32,000 nucleotides of DNA. Source: Pseudoalteromonas tetraodonis (GTDB taxonomy: Bacteria > Pseudomonadota > Gammaproteobacteria > Enterobacterales > Alteromonadaceae). Each line of letters begins with the position of its first letter. Position 1 is the first letter of the stretch. This document shows positions 1 through 8,390 of this stretch, in pieces. Under the pieces are notes generated by a model. It was given only the letters and a program-made list of their open reading frames with translations. It had not been told where the DNA came from and did no database searches. The DNA lies in NCBI RefSeq assembly GCF_002310835.1, contig NZ_CP011041.1:2730001-2762000 (forward strand), given 5' to 3'. The position numbers and the translations under genes were made by a program.

Positions 1-1357
1 TCGCCCTGCACTTGAACGTTTTTCGTGGCAACAAAATAACCAATTAAAAGCCCCTTTAAAAACAAATCAAATGGCTATTTTAATGGAACAAGGCAGCTTT
101 AATGCAAAGCTAACTTTAACCACTACTGCCAGCTATAACCCCCGGTTTACTTGGCTAGACTCACAGCAATTTATTGAAAAGGTGCAGTTGTACAATTTAA
201 TATTTGGGGTGTTTTATGGATTATGCGCAACGCTTATTTTTTATGCTTTAATAATAGGTTATGGCATTAAAAACGCTATTTTTAAACTGTATGGCATCTA
301 TCTTTTTTGTATCGCTAGCTTTATTTTTTTACAAGAAGGCCAGCCCTATTTATTTACCAATGGCTACTTTTCTGCATATATCAGCCACCTTTATACATTA
401 AGTATTGGTTTAACTATAGTCAGTGCTACTTGGTTTATGAGCGCACTATTAGAGCTACCTGAGTATTGGCGCAAATTAAGTTATGCATTAAAAATTATCG
501 CGTTATGTGTACTGACTTTGTGCTTACAAAAAATAGCTTTAGATTTACCCGCTATTACTAATATCACCACAATCGTGACTGGCTATTTGTCACTACTGAT
601 TGTGATGACCATTTTTATACTCTCAGCTGTGCAAGCTAAACAAGGCGTTAACGAAGCCAGCTTGGTATTTATTGCCTTAAGCTGTGTATTTATCAGCATG
701 ATATTTAGAGTGTTACTAACCGAATACAGTCCTTTTATACAGCGTTATGGGTTTGTGATTGCTTTTACGATTGAATCTCTGCTTCTTGCTATTGCAGTTG
801 GTAGGCGAATTCAACGACTCAGTTATGCTAAAAAACAGGCTGAACAGCACGCTAATTACGATCATCTTTGTCATATTTATAACCGCCGAGGCTGGAGTTT
901 AAAAGCCAATGAGTTATTAAAAAAACACGCTCAACGTGGTGGCGTGTTGTGTTTTTTATATATCGATTTAGACCGATTTAAAGCAATAAATGATACCTAC
1001 GGCCATGATGTTGGCGATAAAGTACTCTGTACGGTGGCAGAGTCAATTAGTCAGCATATGCGCAGTGAAGACGCAGTTGGCCGCTTAGGCGGAGATGAGT
1101 TTGTGGCTATGGCATTATTTACCAGCAAAGATAAAATTAACCAGCGAGTTGCGACCCTTGAACAAAAATTAAATGCACTTAGCTTAGAACACCAAGGCAA
1201 CACCATCGCTATTTACGCAAGCGTAGGGCAAATAAACTATAGCGAAGCGCCTAAAAATTTAGATGAGGTTTTAAAAGCCGGTGATGAAGCAATGTATCAA
1301 AAAAAGTCATTACGAAAAGCGCAGGCTAAGCAAACCTACACTAGAGAAAACGCCTAA
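1..1357 (+). CDS. Diguanylate cyclase with 7TMR-DISM-type membrane sensor region and GGDEF domain; 5' end probably lies outside the window
   Basis: Track ORF is 71..1357, but the same frame stays open from nt 2 to 70, so the true start is probably upstream. About seven hydrophobic helices are followed by a GGDEF domain ('LYIDLDRFKAINDTYGHDVGD', active site 'GGDEF'). An RxxD I-site ('RSED') sits five residues upstream of GGDEF. Confidence 0.85.
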   Translation, partial: RPALERFSWQQNNQLKAPLKTNQMAILMEQGSFNAKLTLTTTASYNPRFTWLDSQQFIEKVQLYNLIFGVFYGLCATLIFYALIIGYGIKNAIFKLYGIYLFCIASFIFLQEGQPYLFTNGYFSAYISHLYTLSIGLTIVSATWFMSALLELPEYWRKLSYALKIIALCVLTLCLQKIALDLPAITNITTIVTGYLSLLIVMTIFILSAVQAKQGVNEASLVFIALSCVFISMIFRVLLTEYSPFIQRYGFVIAFTIESLLLAIAVGRRIQRLSYAKKQAEQHANYDHLCHIYNRRGWSLKANELLKKHAQRGGVLCFLYIDLDRFKAINDTYGHDVGDKVLCTVAESISQHMRSEDAVGRLGGDEFVAMALFTSKDKINQRVATLEQKLNALSLEHQGNTIAIYASVGQINYSEAPKNLDEVLKAGDEAMYQKKSLRKAQAKQTYTRENA

Positions 1358-1373
1358 AGTAATCGTTTAGGCG
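1347..1373 (-). terminator. Rho-independent terminator for the VOC gene; hairpin shared with the convergent GGDEF gene
   Basis: Stem cgcctaaa (1351-1358) pairs with tttaggcg (1366-1373) around a 7-nt loop. On the minus strand it is followed by TTTT (1350-1347). It overlaps the TAA stop of the plus-strand gene. Confidence 0.6.
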
Positions 1374-1381
1374 CATAATCA

Positions 1382-1804
1382 TTACTCGCCTTTTTTGAAT
1401 AATACTTCTGGGTTTACCATAGTTTTCATTTCTAAAACGTTACCATTTGGATCTTCAATAAAAAACGTTTCTTGCTCAAATTCATCACCTACAAAACGGC
1501 GGTAAGGCTTATCTAAATATTCAAGGCCAGCAGCCGCAATCCGAGTTTTTAACGCCTGAAATTCATCTTCAGATAAGTGAATACCAAAATGCGGTACAGC
1601 TACTGCGCCCATATCAACATCATGACGCACTGTTGGTAAGCGCTCTGTGCTTTGATGAAGCGTTAACTCGTTACCCCAAAAATCAATGTCTACCCATCGC
1701 CCAGCTTCACTATTACCCGTTTTACAACCAAGCACGTCACAATAAAACGCTTTCGCTTTTTCAAGATCACCAGCTGGAATAGCCAAATGCAAACAGTTAG
1801 ACAT
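1382..1804 (-). CDS. VOC (glyoxalase/bleomycin-resistance/dioxygenase fold) family protein
   Basis: 140-aa ORF. N-terminal 'HLAIPAGDLEKAKAFYCDVLG' and the later 'HFGI...' / 'FFIEDPNGNVLE' are typical beta-alpha-beta-beta-beta VOC modules. ATG start. Confidence 0.75.
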   Translation of the reverse strand: MSNCLHLAIPAGDLEKAKAFYCDVLGCKTGNSEAGRWVDIDFWGNELTLHQSTERLPTVRHDVDMGAVAVPHFGIHLSEDEFQALKTRIAAAGLEYLDKPYRRFVGDEFEQETFFIEDPNGNVLEMKTMVNPEVLFKKGE

Positions 1805-2015
1805 AAATTACCTTAGGTTATAACTTTTAATATATGAAATATGCTGCATTATACATAATTTGTAATTTATAGAACATTAACGGCATTATTTTTAGTCATT
1901 CATTGCGTACATTTAATTTAAAGCCACGGTTATTTGCTCTTTTGGGAGACATATATCGCTTTTAGTCTTAAATTGTCGATTTTAACTATTAAAGCTAAAA
2001 CTGAACCTTTATGAT

Positions 2016-2393
2016 GTGCGCCTTATGACTAAATTCATACTTTTAAAATTCATCACCTTTTTTATAGGCTGCTTGTCGTGCTTTATAATGCATACCACAT
2101 TGGCATTACCTATTGTTGTGTCTGCTGCTTTAACAGGCCTTATCGGTTCATTTATTCCGTTTCCTGCACGTTATCAAAACCACCCTTATGCCTCCATTTA
2201 TGCAGGTAGTTTTGCCGGTATGTGTTCCACCAGCTTAATTAGCAACTATTGGGAAATCGCTATTATTTCTGCCATTGGCGCTGTTTTATATACACTAACA
2301 CTTAATGTATTTGCAGGATTTGGCGGACGATTAGGCAGTATTGCATTTGCCAGTGTAGCCCTGTTTGTTTTAGCTAAAGGATTGCTGATATGA
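2016..2393 (+). CDS. Small polytopic membrane protein, unknown family (paralog A of a coupled pair)
   Basis: 125-aa ORF with 4-5 hydrophobic segments. GTG at 2016 or ATG at 2025 could be the start; neither has a clear SD. Its stop TGA (2391-2393) overlaps the ATG (2390-2392) of the next gene. It shares motifs with the downstream ORF. Confidence 0.6.
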   Translation: MRLMTKFILLKFITFFIGCLSCFIMHTTLALPIVVSAALTGLIGSFIPFPARYQNHPYASIYAGSFAGMCSTSLISNYWEIAIISAIGAVLYTLTLNVFAGFGGRLGSIAFASVALFVLAKGLLI

Positions 2394-2773
2394 CTATTAC
2401 ATACCCAGTATTAGCCTTGGCTGGTGCTTTTTTTACCTTTTATTTAGCAAAGCATAACCGCTTTGATGCTATAAGAGCCTCAGCTGCACTCTCAATTATT
2501 GCCTATTTGATTTTTGCACAGCTGAGCCTCAACGCAGAACTCTATAGTATCGTCTTTTTTGGCGGCACCTTTATTGGCATGAGCGCCCCTCACCGCTTTG
2601 GTGTTTATACGCTTGCCAGTTCAGCAATTATATTTTCATTGTTTTTTGCCTATTTGGTTCCCATTCTTGATGGCTTTGGTGGCGCTTTGGGAATTAGTGC
2701 ATTTTTATCGGTGTGTATTTGCCACCTTTTTATTTTACTGGGTGCGCCTCGCAGTAAAAAAACTAAAATTTAA
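2390..2773 (+). CDS. Small polytopic membrane protein, unknown family (paralog B of a coupled pair)
   Basis: 127-aa ORF with 4-5 hydrophobic segments and a basic C-terminal tail 'PRSKKTKI'. 'GGTFIGMSA' and 'GFGGALGISAFLSV' align with 'AGSFAGMCS' and 'GFGGRLGSIAFASV' of the upstream ORF. Confidence 0.65.
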   Translation: MTITYPVLALAGAFFTFYLAKHNRFDAIRASAALSIIAYLIFAQLSLNAELYSIVFFGGTFIGMSAPHRFGVYTLASSAIIFSLFFAYLVPILDGFGGALGISAFLSVCICHLFILLGAPRSKKTKI

Positions 2774-2916
2774 GAATTGCTTGAATAAAAGTTCAATTAA
2801 ATCTTACACCTATTAAATCGTACAAAAATAACGCTCTTTTTTTTGATCAATACAGAATCTAGCTACGTAGAGTTCACAAAGTTGTAACACTGTAACATTC
2901 AATTAAAGGAAAAATT

Positions 2917-5106
2917 ATGAATAAAGTATTTAAGCTCGGTGCTATCATACTTCCCTTGTTACTCATTCAAGGTTGTAGTAGCGACGATGATAACAACGCC
3001 CCTGTCACTGTAGATCCACAACCAGCCGTTTCTGTTTTTGATGCCGCACAGGACTCTGGAGAATTCACTACCCTTGTTGCAGCTTTAGAAGCAACAGGTC
3101 TAGATGAAACACTAGACGATTTAACTAACAGCTATACCGTTTTTGCTCCTACTGATGATGCATTTGCGTTATTAGGTGAAGAAACTATCAATAATTTATT
3201 AGCTGATCCTGATACTTTAAGCTCAATTTTAACTTACCATGTGATCTCTGGCAGAGTAGATGCGCAAGCAGCAATTGGTTTGGCTGGGTCAACCGTTGAA
3301 ACGGTAAACGGACAAAGTATTGCACTGTCTTTAAATGGTGAAAGCTTATTAGTTAATACCAGCACGGTAACAATGACCGACATTAAAACCGACAACGGTA
3401 TTATTCATGTTATTGACGCAGTACTTACACCAAAAACGGTTTCAGAAACACCGCCAACCAACAATATTGTTGAAACAGCTCAACAAGCAGGCGACTTTAG
3501 TACTTTGCTTGCCGCACTTGACGCTGCAGGCTTAACATCGGCACTGGCGGATACGTCGAAAGAGTTCACCGTTTTTGCGCCTACCGACGCTGCATTTGAA
3601 GCAATTGGTAGTGGTTTTTTAAATACACTGCTGGCAAACCCAACCGTTTTAGCGGATGTTTTAAAGCAGCATGTACTTGTTGGGTCAGTTGATTCAGTCA
3701 CTGCAATGTCTTTAAACGGCCAATCTGCTGAAACGCTATTAGGCAATACACTTCCAATCGCGATAAACGCAGATACAAATATGTTGTCGTTTGGCGGTGC
3801 AAACATCATTGTTAAAGATATTATGACTTCTAACGGTGTTATCCATGTAATCGATTCGGTTATTATTTCTGATGTAACCTTACCGCAAAGCGCAGGAACA
3901 ATTGCTGATATAGCCAGTGCAAATGGTAACTTTACTACACTTCTTGCTGCGCTAACGGCAACAGGCTTAGATACGTTAGTTGCTGATCCAGATAACACTT
4001 TTAGTGTATTTGCTCCTACGGATGATGCATTTGCAGCGCTCGGTCAGGATACAATTAATGCGCTGTTAGCTGATACAGATACACTGCGTGATATTTTGCT
4101 TTACCATGTATTCCCTGACGCCACTGTTTTATCTGATGACGCTGTAGCCATTGCTAATAGCAATAGTAACAAAGTAGAAATGGCCAATGGCGACATGGCT
4201 GCTATTTCTTATGTAAATAGCTCGCTATTTATCAATGATTCGGCAATCACAGAGGCAAATGTAACCGCTAGCAACGGCGTTATTCATGTATTAAATAAAG
4301 TGATTATGCCACCGGCTGAAGTCGGCACTCCGACTAAAACTATTGCAACAGTTGCCACAGAAACGCCTGCACTATCTACATTAGTAACTGCACTGCAAGC
4401 AGCATCACTAGTAGATACGTTTAACGATACCACTCAATCATTTACTGTATTTGCACCAACAAATGCGGCATTTAGTAAAATCCCTTCCGCTGATTTAGAT
4501 GCCTTATTGGCTGACACCGCTGCACTAACAGGTGTTCTGACTCAACACGTATTAGGCGCTCAAGTTGGAAGTACCGATGCATTTGCAGCCAATGGTAAAA
4601 TGGTCACTACACTTGCTGATAATATGCTAAGCGTAAACGTGCTAGATTTTACCAGTACAGAAAATACAGCAACAGACAGCGTAGCTTATGATGCAACAAA
4701 TAATCGTTTAGTAACGGGTATGGCCGATGCAATGCCTGGTAAAACCGTGTATGTATTTGATAACGACTTAGGTGAGGCAATGAGCGTATGTGAAGCAGCT
4801 TGTGCAACAACGTGGCCACCCGTGTTAGGCACTGCGGCATCGATTGAAAATATTCCGGGTTTATCATTGATTGCTCGCTCAGATGACAGCATGCAAGTCG
4901 CTTATCTTGGTCGTCCTTTATATACCTTCTCAGGTGATACGGCAGCTGGTCAGAATAATGGTCAAGCTGTGAACGATATTTGGTGGCAAGTAAGCTTACC
5001 GGCTACATCACTACAAGTAGCTGGCAGCAATGTAACAACCACTGATATTTACACTAATAATGGCGTTGTACACTTAATTGATACAGTGATCACAACGGCC
5101 AAATAA
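2917..5106 (+). CDS. Secreted lipoprotein with four fasciclin (FAS1) domains; the fourth is interrupted by a PF03640-like (COG4315, 'secreted repeat of unknown function') module
   Basis: SD aaagga lies upstream of the ATG. Signal peptide with lipobox-like 'LLIQGC'. FAS1 signature appears four times ('FTVFAPTDDAF...LL.....L..IL.YHV' ... 'NG(I/V)IHVID'). The insert carries 'TVYVFDNDLGEAMSVCEAACATTWPP' and 'GRPLYTFSGDTAAGQNNGQ'. Confidence 0.85.
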   Translation: MNKVFKLGAIILPLLLIQGCSSDDDNNAPVTVDPQPAVSVFDAAQDSGEFTTLVAALEATGLDETLDDLTNSYTVFAPTDDAFALLGEETINNLLADPDTLSSILTYHVISGRVDAQAAIGLAGSTVETVNGQSIALSLNGESLLVNTSTVTMTDIKTDNGIIHVIDAVLTPKTVSETPPTNNIVETAQQAGDFSTLLAALDAAGLTSALADTSKEFTVFAPTDAAFEAIGSGFLNTLLANPTVLADVLKQHVLVGSVDSVTAMSLNGQSAETLLGNTLPIAINADTNMLSFGGANIIVKDIMTSNGVIHVIDSVIISDVTLPQSAGTIADIASANGNFTTLLAALTATGLDTLVADPDNTFSVFAPTDDAFAALGQDTINALLADTDTLRDILLYHVFPDATVLSDDAVAIANSNSNKVEMANGDMAAISYVNSSLFINDSAITEANVTASNGVIHVLNKVIMPPAEVGTPTKTIATVATETPALSTLVTALQAASLVDTFNDTTQSFTVFAPTNAAFSKIPSADLDALLADTAALTGVLTQHVLGAQVGSTDAFAANGKMVTTLADNMLSVNVLDFTSTENTATDSVAYDATNNRLVTGMADAMPGKTVYVFDNDLGEAMSVCEAACATTWPPVLGTAASIENIPGLSLIARSDDSMQVAYLGRPLYTFSGDTAAGQNNGQAVNDIWWQVSLPATSLQVAGSNVTTTDIYTNNGVVHLIDTVITTAK

Positions 5107-5125
5107 CTAAATTTTACTGTGAGAT

Positions 5126-5162
5126 AAGCCAGGAGTGATGCTATTTGCTCCTGGCTTTTTTT
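5126..5162 (+). terminator. Rho-independent terminator of the fasciclin lipoprotein gene
   Basis: 10-bp stem aagccaggag (5126-5135) / ctcctggctt (5148-5157), 12-nt loop, T-tract running to 5162. Confidence 0.85.
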
Positions 5163-5176
5163 ATATAAAAATAGGC

Positions 5177-6001
5177 TTACTTATTACTACTTTGAGAGCT
5201 TGTTGGGTAGCCAAACAACACGTTTAACTTGGCTTGTAACCCTTTAGCTTGGTAAGTACTTTTAAATAAATACTGCCACTGATGAAAGGTGATTTTGATC
5301 GGGTTATTACTGTTTAATTGACCAATAATGCCGTATTTACAGGGCTTGTTTTCATCCTCTTCTACATAAGTGCCAAATAATTTATCCCAAATAATTAAAA
5401 CGCCAGCGAAGTTTTTATCTAAGTAGCCATTATTTATAGCGTGGTGCACCCGATGATGCGATGGGGTATTAAATAATGCTTCAAACCAACCGAGCTTTTT
5501 TACCACTTGCGTGTGTACAAAAAATTGATAAGCCAAATTAAGTGCCACCACCGCAAAAACAATCACAGGCTCAAAGCCTATTAATATCATCGGCAACCAA
5601 AATAGCCACATTCCCGCCAGCGGATACATTAAACTTTGCCTAAATGCCGTGGTAAAGTTCATTTTAGTAGAACTATGATGCACTACATGAGCGGCCCATA
5701 ACCAATGAATATGATGTGATGCACGATGAAACCAATAGTATAAAAAGTCTTGCAGTAAAAAAGCGCCTAATACAGTAAATAGCGTCAATTCAATATCAAA
5801 TAGCCGAAACTGATACAACCAATAAAAAAACGGCATTAATAATAATAACGCAATGGCATCAGCGCCTTGATGTAATAAAGCAAGTAACGCGTTGGCTAAG
5901 CTGTCTTTTATATCGTAGTAACGTCTAAATTTTATAAACTCAACCCCTACAAACAGCAAAAAAATAGGGCTCAGTGCCAATAAAATAATTTCAATGCTCA
6001 T
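5177..6001 (-). CDS. Fatty acid hydroxylase / sterol desaturase superfamily membrane protein (di-iron histidine boxes)
   Basis: 274 aa and hydrophobic. Histidine boxes 'HRASHHIH', 'HVVHHS' and 'HHRVHH'. Its ATG (5999-6001) overlaps the end of the upstream SRPBCC ORF. Confidence 0.8.
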   Translation of the reverse strand: MSIEIILLALSPIFLLFVGVEFIKFRRYYDIKDSLANALLALLHQGADAIALLLLMPFFYWLYQFRLFDIELTLFTVLGAFLLQDFLYYWFHRASHHIHWLWAAHVVHHSSTKMNFTTAFRQSLMYPLAGMWLFWLPMILIGFEPVIVFAVVALNLAYQFFVHTQVVKKLGWFEALFNTPSHHRVHHAINNGYLDKNFAGVLIIWDKLFGTYVEEDENKPCKYGIIGQLNSNNPIKITFHQWQYLFKSTYQAKGLQAKLNVLFGYPTSSQSSNK

Positions 6002-6440
6002 GATGTTTCTCCTGAAAATAGCTGGCTATTTTTTTAAGTGCTTGGCTAACATCTTTTTTTATAAAAAAAGCCAGTATAAAGTCGGGTAACCACAAAGGCG
6101 CAATGCAACGAATATGGTAGCTGATCTCGGTGAGTGATGGCTGAGCATTATTGGCTTTTAAGTAAATATCACCACGGTGCTGTGCAACGGGTTTATCCCC
6201 TAAAATACGGTAACTAATGTGGCTATTATCGGCCGTTATTATTTGCTCTTTAAATGTTGTACCTTGCATTTTTATTTGTCTAATAGTGCCTTTTCCACCA
6301 CTTATTTCACCCGAGTCTTGCGGTGTTAACACTTCAAACTGCGCATTAAAAAAGCGCCCCAAATCAGCATGCGCTAATAATAAGATGCATAATTGTTCAG
6401 GCGTTGCTGCCACACTATGTTTAACGTTTATCTCAATCAT
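5991..6440 (-). CDS. SRPBCC (START/polyketide-cyclase-like) family protein
   Basis: The track ORF extends to 6491. I prefer the ATG at 6440 ('MIEINVKHSV...'), which has GGGG 7-10 nt upstream and gives a typical ~149 aa. A start at 6491 would leave only 45 bp to the divergent AraC gene. Size and alternating beta/helix pattern fit SRPBCC; this is a family-level call only. Confidence 0.55.
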   Translation of the reverse strand: MIEINVKHSVAATPEQLCILLLAHADLGRFFNAQFEVLTPQDSGEISGGKGTIRQIKMQGTTFKEQIITADNSHISYRILGDKPVAQHRGDIYLKANNAQPSLTEISYHIRCIAPLWLPDFILAFFIKKDVSQALKKIASYFQEKHHEH

Positions 6441-6536
6441 TGTGTGCCCCATATTATTTTTATAGATCTCTAGCATATAAAAATATTGCATGGCAAACTT
6501 GCGATTAGATGACTATTTTTTAGCTTTAGGCGACAA

Positions 6537-7535
6537 ATGAAAACCTTAGCCGATCATTACTTTTCTAGCTGTTTGGATTATCTTCAAAGCACAGGATTAG
6601 ATAGCCAAGAGATACTAACTGCCATTGAATTTGATGAATATACAAATAAGCAAACACAACAATTAGCGCCTCGTATTAGCTTAAAAAGCTATAATGCGCT
6701 GCTTAGTTATGCACAGCAAACGCTAAATGACTCCTTATTCGGGTTTGAATTAGGAAAACAAATACGTACCGCTGATTTTGGTGTACTTGGGTATTTAATT
6801 GAATCGAGTACTAATCTAGCCAGTGCCATTACTGCATTACTGAGCTACGACAGTTTAGTGGCTAACATAGGGCGTGCTGAGTTTGAACAGCAACAAACAC
6901 TTTGCAAGGTAACTTGGTTAGCAGACCCACAGTGCAGTCCACAGGCCGTATTACGAAATATGACCGCGTGGGTAAGTGTTATACGCCAACTGCTTAATCC
7001 TCAGCTTTCGCCTAGTTGCGTTTATTTTACAGCACATTTTTCAGACAGTGAGTTACAACAATTAGCGCAATGGTTTAATTGCCCAGTAAAAGCTGGCGCT
7101 AACTTTAATCAAGTAGAGTTTCCAAGTAGTTACTTAACCCTTCCTTTTAAAACCGATAACTCCCAGATTAACGCTGTGCTAAAGCAAATGTCAGAGCAAC
7201 AGCTATCCCAGTTTAAAAGTCAGCAATTATTAACAGAAAAAGTTAATCATATTTTAATGGCTAAATATGATTTGCAGGACTGTTCACTGATCAGAACGGC
7301 TAGTGCTTTAAATATGACCCCACGCACAGTGCAACGTCATCTAAAGCAAGAAAACACCAATTTTGCCGCTCTTCTTGAGCGAGAGCAAAAACGCCGTTTG
7401 TTAACATATATTCCTCATTATTCGCTAAGCAGTATTGCAACTATGTTGGGGTTTAATGATCAAAGCTCTTTTAATCGCGCCTTTAAGCGCTGGTATCAAT
7501 GCTCACCTCGTCAATTTATAAAAAACAATAATTAA
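6537..7535 (+). CDS. AraC family transcriptional regulator (N-terminal ligand-binding domain + C-terminal double HTH)
   Basis: 332 aa. The C-terminus 'LIRTASALNMTPRTVQRHLKQENTNFAALL...IATMLGFNDQSSFNRAFKRWYQCSPRQF' is a canonical AraC/XylS HTH_18 signature. Confidence 0.9.
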   Translation: MKTLADHYFSSCLDYLQSTGLDSQEILTAIEFDEYTNKQTQQLAPRISLKSYNALLSYAQQTLNDSLFGFELGKQIRTADFGVLGYLIESSTNLASAITALLSYDSLVANIGRAEFEQQQTLCKVTWLADPQCSPQAVLRNMTAWVSVIRQLLNPQLSPSCVYFTAHFSDSELQQLAQWFNCPVKAGANFNQVEFPSSYLTLPFKTDNSQINAVLKQMSEQQLSQFKSQQLLTEKVNHILMAKYDLQDCSLIRTASALNMTPRTVQRHLKQENTNFAALLEREQKRRLLTYIPHYSLSSIATMLGFNDQSSFNRAFKRWYQCSPRQFIKNNN

Positions 7536-7628
7536 ACAATTTGATTACCTAAAACACACATTTAACGTGTACCTTTTTATTGATTTTATTTACACTAGCC
7601 TCATGTATTGCTTTAAAGACAATTATTT

Positions 7629-8390
7629 ATGCGTTTGCGTATGATGTTAACTGTTTTTGTATTGGTTTTTTATAGTGCGGCCTGTCACGCAAACCCGGTT
7701 ACCTTCATCGCTGAAGATTTGCCCCCTTATCATTTTAAAAACCCTCAAGGTGAAGCGCAGGGTGCCTTAGTAGATATCGCTAAAGCAGTATTAAAAGGCA
7801 CGGCTTTAACAGCAACGTTTGAAATAATGCCGATGGCGCGTATGTTTCAACAACAACAAGCCAATCCTAATGCCATCATGCTGTCACTGTTAAAAACACC
7901 AAACAAAAACAGCCAGTTTAAGTGGCTGGGAAAAGTGTATTTTGCAGATGCATACCTAGTAAGTTTACGCAGTCATAACGATGAAGTGATTCACTTAAAC
8001 TTTGCCAAAGAATACAAAGTAGCCACTATTCGCGGTTATTCTGCACAAGCTTATTTAGAAGCTCAAGGCTTTACTGAAAGTGAGAATCTAGTCTTAGTGA
8101 GTTACTACCAGCAGCTATGGAGAATGCTGTATAAAAATCGTATCGATTTTGTGGTGACTAACACCCTCACTCTTGAAAACGAGTTAAAGCGAGCAGGGCT
8201 CGACCCAAGCTTAATTACTAAGCGTATACACTTAGATGAGCTACCTTCTTCTCTTCACTTTGCAGCAAGTAAGCAGCTTAACCCGCAAACAGCGAAAATT
8301 ATTACTGATAGATTAAACGCGATAAAAGAAAGCGGTGAATACCAACAAATTTTAAATAAATGGCAACTCCCTATTCCAACGCGTCTTTAG
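7629..8390 (+). CDS. Periplasmic solute-binding protein family 3-like protein (orphan, no adjacent ABC components)
   Basis: 253 aa. Signal peptide 'MMLTVFVLVFYSAACHA'. 'FIAEDLPPYHF' and '...IDFVVTN' are typical of SBP_bac_3 proteins. An alternative ATG lies at 7641. Confidence 0.7.
   Translation: MRLRMMLTVFVLVFYSAACHANPVTFIAEDLPPYHFKNPQGEAQGALVDIAKAVLKGTALTATFEIMPMARMFQQQQANPNAIMLSLLKTPNKNSQFKWLGKVYFADAYLVSLRSHNDEVIHLNFAKEYKVATIRGYSAQAYLEAQGFTESENLVLVSYYQQLWRMLYKNRIDFVVTNTLTLENELKRAGLDPSLITKRIHLDELPSSLHFAASKQLNPQTAKIITDRLNAIKESGEYQQILNKWQLPIPTRL

Noticed and set aside
3480-3998. 172-aa minus-strand ORF, plus other nested or antisense track ORFs: 2598..2816, 4649..4867, 4686..4892, 6217..6465, 8559..8792, 9838..10170, 10213..10416, 11309..11527, 12994..13227, 13424..13651, 14994..15260, 17844..18116, 18959..19174, 20489..20695, 21708..21899, 23309..23584, 23488..23682, 25045..25227, 25071..25295, 25413..25814, 26298..26483, 27036..27284, 27423..27650, 29760..29951, 30649..30870
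   Set aside because: Each lies entirely or almost entirely inside a longer ORF that has clear family signatures. They have low-complexity or odd composition, no SD, and no recognisable motifs. They are typical shadow ORFs of Ala/Thr/Ser-rich or AT-rich genes.
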